Source: Candidatus Kapaibacterium sp.
GTDB lineage: Bacteria; Bacteroidota; Ignavibacteria; Kapaibacteriales; Kapaibacteriaceae
Reading direction: 5' to 3'
Assembly (NCBI GenBank): GCA_018883125.1
Contig: VEQR01000006.1
Coordinates: 1 to 61,097 of the forward strand
Length of the DNA: 61,097 nt
Shown here: one piece after another, positions 28,182 to 36,781 of the stretch
Position numbering within the stretch: position 1 is the stretch's first letter
Layout: each line of letters opens with the position of its first letter
The notes under the pieces: model-generated
What the model saw: only the letters and a program-made list of their open reading frames with translations
What the model was told of the DNA's origin: nothing
The model's database searches: none
Translations under genes and position numbers: made by a program

Positions 28182-28957
28182 CAGTTCAGCGTTACTCGAG
28201 AAAACGACGGGGGAATTGCCAGGGGGCGAAGCGGAGCAACAGGGGCCGTGAGTCGAACCTCGTCGAATCGGAACTGAATCTTCTGCTCGTCATTATTTGC
28301 CGTCACATTCACACCGTAGGGGACCATTATGCCATCGACATCGCGATATGAACCAAAGGTGACATTCAGGATCGTACGACCATCGATCTGCTTTCGTTGA
28401 TACTGCCGAATAGTCTTAGACGCACTATCGACCAGCGCGAACTCAACATGAAGGGAGTCTCGCCGACGAAACAGCAGCTGTCCGTCCTGACGTGTCGTTT
28501 GGAGTTCAAAGGCGCTGAGATCGCCAGGTGGTATTCCGCGCACAAGCGAACGAATATCGTCCAGCCCCAGCGGGATCGGAAGTAATCCGGCCAACTTCTC
28601 CGATGCCGGGTTGCCATCAATGACCTGACGTGTGAGGTAGTTCAGGACGACGAACGTATCCGTCCGCGCATAGACGCTGCTGGTCTTCATACCAAAGGGG
28701 CTGCCGGTGTTCACAACCAGTGTATCCGTGTTGATGCTAGCGTCAAACGGAACCCCGCTGATGGTCATAGCCCCCTGCAGAGACACTGTTCCTGTGGCCG
28801 TCATGGCACGCCGTGGGCTCAGCACCGACTGAAGTGAAACCTCGGCCGCACGGCAGTTCAATGCCAATACGCCTGAAAGCAGCCACGTTGCAGCGATCAG
28901 CAGGCCTGTTGCAAGACGACAGCAATGGCGCTGTATGGTTGTAGTTTGCATCAACAT
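28181..28957 (-). CDS. DUF4292-like (LolB-like) exported protein
   Basis: DTL.V...PFGM; LP.PL...D...L..G; beta-rich C-terminus. Start reset to about 28957 because the longer ORF overlaps the divergent gene. Confidence 0.6.
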   Translation of the reverse strand: MLMQTTTIQRHCCRLATGLLIAATWLLSGVLALNCRAAEVSLQSVLSPRRAMTATGTVSLQGAMTISGVPFDASINTDTLVVNTGSPFGMKTSSVYARTDTFVVLNYLTRQVIDGNPASEKLAGLLPIPLGLDDIRSLVRGIPPGDLSAFELQTTRQDGQLLFRRRDSLHVEFALVDSASKTIRQYQRKQIDGRTILNVTFGSYRDVDGIMVPYGVNVTANNDEQKIQFRFDEVRLTAPVAPLRPLAIPPSFSRVTLN

Positions 28958-29099
28958 TCCTTGCAAATATCCAACATCCTTGAACGAGAAGCGTCCTACC
29001 GGCCGCTCTCGGTCATCCAAGCTGGAACCATTTGGTTCATTCCAGGGTTCTGAGCCATTCTGCGAATCTCCTCTCTCTGCACCCTCACGAGGAAATCTC

Positions 29100-29567
29100 A
29101 TGATCTACGTCACACGCAAAGCATCATTCTCTGCGGCGCATCGGTTGTACAATCCGACCTTCTCCGACGAACGGAACGAGGCGGTATTTGACAAATGCAA
29201 CAATCCCCTTGGTCACGGACATAATTATGTCATTGAGGTCACCGTAAAGGGGCTTCCCGATCCACTGACCGGTTATGTCATCGACCTGAAGCGTCTAAAA
29301 GACCTGCTCGACGAATTCATCGTTGACAAGGTGGATCACAAACACCTCAACTACGATGTGGATTTCCTTCGCGGGTTCATTCCGACGGTGGAGAACTTGT
29401 GCGTTCTGTTCTGGCAGCAGATCGAGCATCGTCTGCCATCGGGACAGCTGCACTGCATTAAAGTATACGAGTCGGACCAGAACATGGCCGAGTACTTTGG
29501 CGACCCTGTTTCTCTACCAACCTATGACCTTTCACCCGCACAAAACCGCGTTGAGGTGGCATCATGA
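29100..29567 (+). CDS. 6-pyruvoyl-tetrahydropterin synthase (COG0720, PTPS-II-type motif)
   Basis: FSAAHRL, CNNPLGHGHNY (C-X5-HGH), DHKHLN, PTVEN, YES. Start at 29100 follows GAGG. Confidence 0.88.
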   Translation: MIYVTRKASFSAAHRLYNPTFSDERNEAVFDKCNNPLGHGHNYVIEVTVKGLPDPLTGYVIDLKRLKDLLDEFIVDKVDHKHLNYDVDFLRGFIPTVENLCVLFWQQIEHRLPSGQLHCIKVYESDQNMAEYFGDPVSLPTYDLSPAQNRVEVAS

Positions 29568-30295
29568 GCTCAACCCAGAACACGAAGCGCGCAGCCTTGC
29601 TCGACCTTGATGATGCCGAACTCGAGCATCACCTTATGAAGACCGGAGGCCTGTACCCGAGCGTAAGCACTACCGGTAAGCCGCTCTTCGATGCCAACGG
29701 CTCCATCCCGCTGAGCGAGGAGGAACGGCAGGAAATGATCGCTCGACTCGAGCAGAAGTTCGCCGAAATCTTTGACGTACTTCGAATCGATCGTAACGAC
29801 CCGAATAGCACCGACAGTCCTTTCCGCCTCGCACGGATGTGGGTAACGGAACTCTTCGCCGGCAGATACTCACCGGCACCGAAGATCACCGTCTTTCCCA
29901 ACCGTCAGAATGTCGATGAACTGGTGATCTCCAAGGGCATCAAGGTCATGAGCGTCTGCTCTCATCACTGGCAGCCCATCACCGGGACGTGTGCCATCGG
30001 TTACGTTCCTCGCGAAAAGGTCATTGGTCTGTCAAAGTTCACCCGCATTGTAGAATGGTTCTCCCGACGTGGACAGATTCAGGAGGAGCTTGGCGAGCAG
30101 ATCGCTGACTTTCTGATCGAGATCCTTGACCCGATCGCGCTCGGCGTAGTGATATCATCGCGTCATTACTGCATGATCGCCCGAGGGGTCGAGGCCCATG
30201 ATTCCAGCACGATGGTTACGTCGGTGATGCGTGGTGAACTTGCAACGAACAGGGTCCTGCGTGCTGAGTTCCTCGGCCTTATCGGACAGCAGTAA
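29564..30295 (+). CDS. folE: GTP cyclohydrolase I
   Basis: SVCSHH, IGLSKF.R, QIQEE, HYCMIARGV. Confidence 0.95.
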   Translation: MSSTQNTKRAALLDLDDAELEHHLMKTGGLYPSVSTTGKPLFDANGSIPLSEEERQEMIARLEQKFAEIFDVLRIDRNDPNSTDSPFRLARMWVTELFAGRYSPAPKITVFPNRQNVDELVISKGIKVMSVCSHHWQPITGTCAIGYVPREKVIGLSKFTRIVEWFSRRGQIQEELGEQIADFLIEILDPIALGVVISSRHYCMIARGVEAHDSSTMVTSVMRGELATNRVLRAEFLGLIGQQ

Positions 30296-30312
30296 AGCAG
30301 CCCGATGTGGCG

Positions 30313-30321
30313 TAGTTTTGC
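30313..30321 (+). promoter_or_regulatory. Putative -7 promoter box TAGTTTTGC, 12 nt before the rnhB GTG (leaderless)
   Basis: GCGTAGTTTTGCGCC-GTG. Confidence 0.6.
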
Positions 30322-30324
30322 GCC

Positions 30325-30972
30325 GTGCATTTTTTCGAATACGAACAATCGCTCTATGGTAGGGGGCTCACCATTATCGGTGTGGACGAGGCAGGCCGTG
30401 GTGCGCTCGCAGGACCCGTTGTGGCTGCCGCCGTGGTGCTTGACATGCGCACAATTCCTGCGGGCATCGACGATTCAAAGAAACTTCGACCTCAACAACG
30501 TTCACAGCTGGACACGGCGATTAAAGCGTCGGCCATAGCATGGGCTGTAGGTTGGTGTTCATCGGGGCACATAGACGAAGTGAACATTCTTCAGGCCACG
30601 TTTGATGCGATGCACAAGGCCGTCAATGATTGCATCAGGAAGGTAGATCAGCCCCCTGAGATGTGTCACCTTCTCATCGACGGTAATCGATTCCGGCCTC
30701 ATGCAGCGCCGCACACAACGGTTGTTCATGGCGATGCGCTCTGCGTTAGCATAGCAGCCGCATCGATCCTTGCAAAGGTTCATCGTGATACTGTCATGGC
30801 CGGCGAGGTCGACAGGATGTATCCGGCCTACGGTTTTGCCAGGCACAAAGGCTACGGAACGTCAGTTCATCGCAAGGCTATCGCCATGCATGGTCCGTGC
30901 CCGGAACACCGACGGACGTTTATCTCGGGCATCGAAACTCCCGGGGACAATCAATTTGATGATCGTCGATGA
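30325..30972 (+). CDS. rnhB: Ribonuclease HII
   Basis: GVDEAGRG, DSKKL, IDGN, IAAASILAKV.RD, HKGYGT. Confidence 0.96.
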   Translation: MHFFEYEQSLYGRGLTIIGVDEAGRGALAGPVVAAAVVLDMRTIPAGIDDSKKLRPQQRSQLDTAIKASAIAWAVGWCSSGHIDEVNILQATFDAMHKAVNDCIRKVDQPPEMCHLLIDGNRFRPHAAPHTTVVHGDALCVSIAAASILAKVHRDTVMAGEVDRMYPAYGFARHKGYGTSVHRKAIAMHGPCPEHRRTFISGIETPGDNQFDDRR

Positions 30973-32309
30973 TGTTCACACCCGAGATCATCGTCGTCAT
31001 TGTTAGTGTTATTGTCGTCCACGCTGCCGGGGTGCTGGGCAGCCGTCGTGGACGGCAGGACTTTGTCCTTGCGGAACGTTCAATGAGTCAGCCACTGCTG
31101 GTTGCTACGCTTGTCGCAACCTGGTATGGCGCTGTGCTTGCATCCGGTGAGTTTGTGATGCGCCATGGAATTGTCTTTCTCCTGTGCTTCGGGCTGCCGT
31201 ACTACATCGTCGCGATAGTCTATGCAGGCTGGCTCTCCAAACGTGTTCGAGAGGGAATGTCGGCCTCAATTCCCGAGCAGATAGGACGCGTCCACGGACC
31301 ACAAGCACGTCGCGTTGCGGCAGTTCTGCTGCTTGTAATCACCGTGCCGGCGTCATATCAGTTGATGATCGGCTACATCCTCTCAAACCTCACGGGACTA
31401 TCACTTGGGTTGTCGATCATCGTAGGGACGGTGTTCTCTGTGTCCTATGTGACTCTGGGCGGTCTGCGCAGTGACGCATACGCTAACGTCGTGCAGCTGG
31501 TACTGATGTTCGGAAGTATGGTACTGCTGACAGTTGCCTCGATGATGACATTTGGCGGACCCGAGCTCCTTTCGACGGCCAAAACTCGCCACCTGTTTGA
31601 CATTCCCGGCTCGCTGGGGTGGGCCGGTATCGCGAGCTGGTGGGTGATCGCGATGCAGACATTCATCGATCCGAACATCTACGTTCGCACGGCCTCGGCT
31701 TCAAGCGTCTCAGTGGCTCGTAAGGCGATACTCTGGAGCGCTGTTTGCTGGATCGTCTTTGACGTACTTCAACTCGTCGCCGGCCTGTACGCCGCTCGCT
31801 ACGTCCCCGGTAGTAGTCCTGCCGTGGCATATCTCACGTTATCCGACGTTGTGTTGCCTCAATGGGGCAGAGGGCTTGTACTTGCCGGCATCATTGCCGC
31901 TGTATCCTCAACCCTGAGCGGCTATGCGCTGGTGAGCGCATCGACGATAGCCGATGATCTCCTCCCAATGTTGCGGCATGCAGGTTCTGGGTCGGTATCG
32001 CGCCATCGCATCGGACTTGTTCTGACCTCAGTGGTCGGTGCGGCATTTGCATACGCCGTTCCCAGTATCATCGACTTGATCTTTGTAGCCTCGTCAATTG
32101 TTGTTAGCGCACTCCTTCTACCAACACTTGTGAGCCATTCGCACTTTGCGTCACGATTCACCGCGGAGATGATTCCCATTATGACAATTCCCGCCGCTGT
32201 GTCCGCCATCGTTGCCGCAGGAAACTTCGGACAGCCGGCGCTGTTTGGTATCGGGACATCGTTATTGTTGCACATTGCTCACCTCATGTGGGTACGACCT
32301 ACGACATGA
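30969..32309 (+). CDS. Sodium:solute symporter family transporter
   Basis: DFVLAERSM, ATLVATWYG, YVTLGGLRSD, many TM helices, AA.SST. Confidence 0.88.
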   Translation: MMFTPEIIVVIVSVIVVHAAGVLGSRRGRQDFVLAERSMSQPLLVATLVATWYGAVLASGEFVMRHGIVFLLCFGLPYYIVAIVYAGWLSKRVREGMSASIPEQIGRVHGPQARRVAAVLLLVITVPASYQLMIGYILSNLTGLSLGLSIIVGTVFSVSYVTLGGLRSDAYANVVQLVLMFGSMVLLTVASMMTFGGPELLSTAKTRHLFDIPGSLGWAGIASWWVIAMQTFIDPNIYVRTASASSVSVARKAILWSAVCWIVFDVLQLVAGLYAARYVPGSSPAVAYLTLSDVVLPQWGRGLVLAGIIAAVSSTLSGYALVSASTIADDLLPMLRHAGSGSVSRHRIGLVLTSVVGAAFAYAVPSIIDLIFVASSIVVSALLLPTLVSHSHFASRFTAEMIPIMTIPAAVSAIVAAGNFGQPALFGIGTSLLLHIAHLMWVRPTT

Positions 32310-32842
32310 AATCTCCAAGTACAGCGCTTTTCACAGCCTCGAACCTCATTTCGGCACTTCGATCAGTGCTGACAATTCCGATTGTTCTGCTCCTACTGGA
32401 TGGTCGAAATATCGAGGCCTTCTGGTGGTGTCTTGCAGCCGCTTTCACAGATTGGCTTGATGGCTTTGTAGCTCGCAAGACCGAGACCGTCAGTGAATGG
32501 GGGATGATCATTGATCCGATCGCCGATAAGATTCTTGTTGTTTCTGTGATGCTGGTGATGTTGTTCAAGCAGATCATTCCACCATGGTTTTCCGGGGTGA
32601 TCATAGCACGAGATGTTATCATTATCGCCTGTGGGTGGTGGCTCAAATGGCGTCACTCCCTGGTACTACCGTCACTGATGAGCGGGAAGATCGCCGTCAC
32701 GTCCATCGCGTTCTCGGGCATCCTGGCATTGATCGTAACGTCGAACCACCCGGCCGTCCAGATTCTCATGGTTCTTTCAACCTGCGCAATGGCGGTATCT
32801 TTGTGGCAATACGGCAAAAGGATGTATGGGATTCTTCGATAA
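32306..32842 (+). CDS. CDP-alcohol phosphatidyltransferase (PgsA-like)
   Basis: TDWLDGFVARK...WG..IDPIADK signature; start 32306 from the ATGA overlap. Confidence 0.9.
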   Translation: MKSPSTALFTASNLISALRSVLTIPIVLLLLDGRNIEAFWWCLAAAFTDWLDGFVARKTETVSEWGMIIDPIADKILVVSVMLVMLFKQIIPPWFSGVIIARDVIIIACGWWLKWRHSLVLPSLMSGKIAVTSIAFSGILALIVTSNHPAVQILMVLSTCAMAVSLWQYGKRMYGILR

Positions 32843-33827
32843 AATCAAGCAAAAGATATCGGGAGTTGCCGATGCGCTCTCGTTTGACAGACTGAAAGAA
32901 GGACTGTCGAAAACACGAAACTCTTTCGTTGGACGGCTTCGCTCACTGCTCAGCGGCCGCACCATCGACGATACTCTCTTATCGGAGATCGAAGAGATTC
33001 TCATCACGTCCGATGTTGGCGTCGAAACCAGCGAGAAGATCATTGCACGCCTGAAAGAGCGCGTAAAGTCGGAGAATGTCACCGAATCGGATGCTATTGT
33101 CGGCATTCTGAAAGAGGAGATCGCCGCACTCCTCATGGAGTCTCCGGCGGCTCAAGACGACGCCACGTTTGCGATTGACGAGACTGATAAGCCCCATGTC
33201 ATCATGCTGATTGGAGTCAATGGTGTTGGCAAAACAACCACGATCGGCAAGCTTGCCCGCAACTACAAGTCCGCCGGCAAAACAGTCCTGATCGGCGCGG
33301 CAGACACATTCCGTGCAGCTGCCAACGAGCAGCTCGAAGTCTGGGCCAATCGGGCAGGTGTTGACATTGTGCAGCAGCAGCATGGGGCTGACCCTGCGGC
33401 AGTTGCCTACGACACATTGAACGCCGCAAAGGCTCGCGGCACAGACGTTGTGATCATCGATACAGCCGGACGTCTGCACAACAAACTGGGGCTTATGCAG
33501 GAGCTGGAGAAGATCAGCCGCGTGATGAAGAAGATCCACCCCAATGCACCACACGAAGTATTCCTCGCACTGGATGCAACTACTGGTCAGAACGCACTTC
33601 AGCAGGCCAGGGAGTTCACCAAGGTTGCGCCAGTCACCGGTATCGTGCTTACCAAGCTCGACGGAACAGCAAAGGGTGGTGCGGTTATCGCGATTGCCGA
33701 CAGCATGAGCATTCCCGTCCGCTACATTGGTGTTGGCGAACGCATCGATGACCTTCAGCCATTTGATGCCGTCTCTTTCGTTGCAGCGATGTTCGATGAG
33801 GAGTCATCGGGCGATGCAGGGGCGTAA
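32826..33827 (+). CDS. ftsY: Signal recognition particle receptor FtsY
   Basis: GVNGVGKTTT, DTFRAAA, DTAGR, TKLDGTAKGG. Confidence 0.97.
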   Translation: MGFFDKIKQKISGVADALSFDRLKEGLSKTRNSFVGRLRSLLSGRTIDDTLLSEIEEILITSDVGVETSEKIIARLKERVKSENVTESDAIVGILKEEIAALLMESPAAQDDATFAIDETDKPHVIMLIGVNGVGKTTTIGKLARNYKSAGKTVLIGAADTFRAAANEQLEVWANRAGVDIVQQQHGADPAAVAYDTLNAAKARGTDVVIIDTAGRLHNKLGLMQELEKISRVMKKIHPNAPHEVFLALDATTGQNALQQAREFTKVAPVTGIVLTKLDGTAKGGAVIAIADSMSIPVRYIGVGERIDDLQPFDAVSFVAAMFDEESSGDAGA

Positions 33828-34329
33828 CTCACAGCAACCCCGCCGTCGCTGGCTCCGCAACAGTGTGGCTGTGGTGGCGATCCTTTGCTGCGTGTATCTT
33901 GTCCTCTTCGTCAGGGGGCTACTCTTCGAAGCTCAGATGAGTCTTGGCATCATCCGCAGGAACGAGCAGGGCCTGCGTGCACAGATCGTCAACAAAGAAT
34001 CCTACGCCCCACCAACGGACAGTCTGCTGCGTCCTTCGCAGATTATGGTTCTCCATGAGATCTCCCGCCACCTCGATTCTTTGTCCACTGCCAAGGCACA
34101 ACAGCGTGAGATCGACCAACAACTCGTTCGGATGCTGAATCGATTCACCATGTCAGTGAGCGAGTATCGGTGGATCCGGCAAACAGCAACGCGCCTTATG
34201 AGCGGACGACGCCCCCTTCGAGGGCTACTGACTGATTCAGCCAACACGAGCAGACTTCACATGATCATGGGCGACGTAACGACATTCCGCCGCTTCTATC
34301 GTGATACGCTCGACAGGGAGCTACTCTAG
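33814..34329 (+). CDS. Hypothetical single-pass membrane protein
   Basis: Fills the gap in the operon; GAGGAG upstream of ATG 33814; basic N-terminus followed by a hydrophobic helix. Confidence 0.6.
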   Translation: MQGRNSQQPRRRWLRNSVAVVAILCCVYLVLFVRGLLFEAQMSLGIIRRNEQGLRAQIVNKESYAPPTDSLLRPSQIMVLHEISRHLDSLSTAKAQQREIDQQLVRMLNRFTMSVSEYRWIRQTATRLMSGRRPLRGLLTDSANTSRLHMIMGDVTTFRRFYRDTLDRELL

Positions 34330-34333
34330 TCAA

Positions 34334-34627
34334 ATGGGCGAGGTCAATCGAGAGATTGCCGCACTGGTGATGTATTCCCTTACCATGTCACTTGGTATTG
34401 CTGCACGAACCCGGAGGATGTCGTTCGGACGGTGGCATCATGCTCTGTATGCGTTGACGTGTGTCGTCACAATGTGGAGTGTCGTGGGCGGACCATTTCC
34501 AGCCCATGTGCCCTGTGTTGTGATTCTCGCAATTCTTCCAGCAACCCGACCGCGTATCTCACGTCGACATGATCTGTTGGCAATCGCGGGACTTGTGTCT
34601 TTCGTCACTCTCGTTTTGACCATATGA
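34334..34627 (+). CDS. Small hypothetical membrane protein
   Basis: Hydrophobic 97-aa ORF, ATGA-coupled to the next gene; WHHALY and HD motifs. Confidence 0.55.
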   Translation: MGEVNREIAALVMYSLTMSLGIAARTRRMSFGRWHHALYALTCVVTMWSVVGGPFPAHVPCVVILAILPATRPRISRRHDLLAIAGLVSFVTLVLTI

Positions 34628-34965
34628 AGAATCTGCCGCGCATTGTATCGATAACTCTTGCCGCCATGTTCGCAGGGTTTGTCACGCTGCAGTTCAACGA
34701 CGTTGATGCTTGGTTGTGGGTACTTGCCTATGGTGTTGCTTCCGTTCTATGTCTTTGCAATCTTTCGAAGCGGCTCGATCGCGTGGTTAACCGAATGTCC
34801 GCGCTCCTGGGCTTTGCCTACGCGCTGTGGGCAATTGCATTATTCCGACAGACGAGCGGACGCTGGTGGGATGGTGAGATCGAACGTGAGGTAGGGGGCT
34901 TGGCGATCACAGCTCTTGCCATGCTGATGCTGAATTATTTTACGCGTCGAGTGTCACGTTTTTGA
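34624..34965 (+). CDS. TMEM220-family membrane protein
   Basis: LQFNDVDAWLWVLAY and EIEREVGGL match the QxNDPD..W..xY / ExxRExxGL pattern. Confidence 0.8.
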   Translation: MKNLPRIVSITLAAMFAGFVTLQFNDVDAWLWVLAYGVASVLCLCNLSKRLDRVVNRMSALLGFAYALWAIALFRQTSGRWWDGEIEREVGGLAITALAMLMLNYFTRRVSRF

Positions 34966-34986
34966 TCATTCACCGCACGAGGACGT

Positions 34987-35733
34987 ATGATGTCGTCTTC
35001 GTGTATCCTCCTCGTCGCCTTTGCCGCCGCCACCGTGTGGCAGTGCCCGGGCATTGCACAACCGCTCCGCCAGGTGAGCATCGCTGCCGTATTTGGAAGC
35101 CCCCTTCCCGATGACGGCTCGCACCGCATTTCTGTTCGTTGGTACAACGATCCGTTTCAGTCGACACCTCTGTGGCAAGAGGACGTTGACGCAGATATCG
35201 TTGGCGGCCGTTGCGAACTGGTACTTGGCGGCACGGTACCGCTTCCAGATACCGTCCTTCGGGGTAACCGGATATTCGTGGGATACGCTGTAGATGGGGA
35301 AGCAGAACGTCGACCAAGAATAGAGCTGTATGCCACCGGAGTTTCACTCCATGCAGGCTACGCTGACATGGCGGCTCGATTAGATCCGCGGGCAACTGGT
35401 CTCGTCACATCACTCAACGAACTTTCCGGCCCCGTGTCACTTGTCGGAACTGACGGGGTCTCCGTTGTTCGAAAGGGCAGCACTCTCGTTGTTTCAGCAC
35501 CGACGTCTTCCGCAGAGAAAGGACGCGTTATAGGAAATGGTGTTGCCTCGGAGTATCGTGTGAGACCTGCTCGAAAGCTTTTATCAGATGCTCGTGTCAC
35601 GTTTCATACGATATCTCCCACTACGACATTACTGACACAGCTCATCATCGATACGACGTTGAACGAACTTGTCTTTCGTGTATCGGCACCCTTGCTTCCG
35701 GAGGAGTGCATTGACTGGTCGATCGACCCCTGA
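34987..35733 (+). CDS. Exported fibre-like protein A (MAT/tail-fibre-type N-terminal domain, VTSLN neck, C-terminal beta tip)
   Basis: Signal peptide; PL.DG.H...WY...PLWQE...GG...LG...PL...VDG..E..PR..L...A; VTSLNELSGPVSL; ends IDWSIDP. Confidence 0.6.
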   Translation: MMSSSCILLVAFAAATVWQCPGIAQPLRQVSIAAVFGSPLPDDGSHRISVRWYNDPFQSTPLWQEDVDADIVGGRCELVLGGTVPLPDTVLRGNRIFVGYAVDGEAERRPRIELYATGVSLHAGYADMAARLDPRATGLVTSLNELSGPVSLVGTDGVSVVRKGSTLVVSAPTSSAEKGRVIGNGVASEYRVRPARKLLSDARVTFHTISPTTTLLTQLIIDTTLNELVFRVSAPLLPEECIDWSIDP

Positions 35734-35849
35734 TCGTAACGCCTCAAGAGCACCCTTCCTAGTCAGCTGTGTCTCTTTACGTCCCGTTAGCATGCAAGAA
35801 CCACATGGTTCACCAATCATCTTTTATCACATTGTTAAGCGAGGTCTTT

Positions 35850-36749
35850 ATGCGCCCCATCTATCACAGCCTAATGGTATTCCTTGGCTTTCTTTTCATT
35901 TCCATTGGTATGCGAGCTCAGAGCATTACCACTGGTACGCTCCAACTTCGGAATGCTCAGCCGTCCACGGTCGGACTCACCATTCCTGGAACCGGAGTTA
36001 CATCCTATTCGCTGGTGCTGCCACCCCTCATCGGAGAATCAGGACAGACTCTGACGGTTCAAACGGTAACCGGCACCACAGCCACTTTGGGTTGGAGTAG
36101 CACAAACTTCTGGAGTCTGCTTGGCTCGGACATCACCGCTGGGGGCACTGCAACAGGGCAACAGTATCTTGGTACGAAGAATGCCCAGGACCTGGTGATC
36201 GCCGCTAACGCCACCGAAGGCATCCGCATCATTGGCGTTGCCGGTGCAAGTCAGGGTTGGATTGGTATCGGAACATCCTCACCCAAGGCACCGATCGACC
36301 TGGCGCGAACGGTGCTTCTGTCCAACTCCGGAGCTGCAACCGAACTGCGCTTTGCTGAGCCCAGTGCTGCAGGCACGAACTACTCGGCGTTCAAAGCGGC
36401 CGATCAGACGGCTGACATCACATACACGCTTCCCGTCAGCGCTCCGGCCAGCAACGGTATGGTACTCTCTGCCACCACAACCGGTGTGATGAGCTGGCGC
36501 AGTGCTATCGCAGACGTGCCGCGCGGACTCTTTGCACCGACGGCCGGCAACTATATCCACACGATAACGGTAGGGCAGGACATCCCGACAGGATCTATTC
36601 CGATCGTTACAATGGTGAATGCTGCAGGTACGACGATCGCAGCATCAGTTACGGCAATTGATGCAACGGCGGACACGTTCACGGTGGAAACATCTGTTCC
36701 ACTGGCCTCATCTGATCGCATCTCTTGGATGGTCATTCCACCGATGTAA
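35850..36749 (+). CDS. Exported fibre-like protein B (tail-fibre-like shaft motifs, C-terminal beta tip)
   Basis: GAGG before ATG 35850; signal peptide ending AQS; YSLVLP...GQTL...LGW, WSLLG, LGT.NAQDL...N..E.IRI, IGIGTSSP, YTLP...GMVL...MSW. Confidence 0.65.
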   Translation: MRPIYHSLMVFLGFLFISIGMRAQSITTGTLQLRNAQPSTVGLTIPGTGVTSYSLVLPPLIGESGQTLTVQTVTGTTATLGWSSTNFWSLLGSDITAGGTATGQQYLGTKNAQDLVIAANATEGIRIIGVAGASQGWIGIGTSSPKAPIDLARTVLLSNSGAATELRFAEPSAAGTNYSAFKAADQTADITYTLPVSAPASNGMVLSATTTGVMSWRSAIADVPRGLFAPTAGNYIHTITVGQDIPTGSIPIVTMVNAAGTTIAASVTAIDATADTFTVETSVPLASSDRISWMVIPPM

Positions 36750-36781
36750 GTCCCCTCTAACACCTCCAACACCACCGATGT

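Noticed and set aside
28935-29101. Apparent head-to-head overlap of the DUF4292-like and PTPS ORFs
   Set aside because: Both N-terminal extensions look spurious; likely starts are about 28957 (-) and 29100 (+).
29100-30295. 7-deazaguanine DNA-modification (dpd) or queuosine cluster
   Set aside because: No queC, queE, tgt or dpdA nearby, and the PTPS motif is C-X5-HGH rather than the QueD type.
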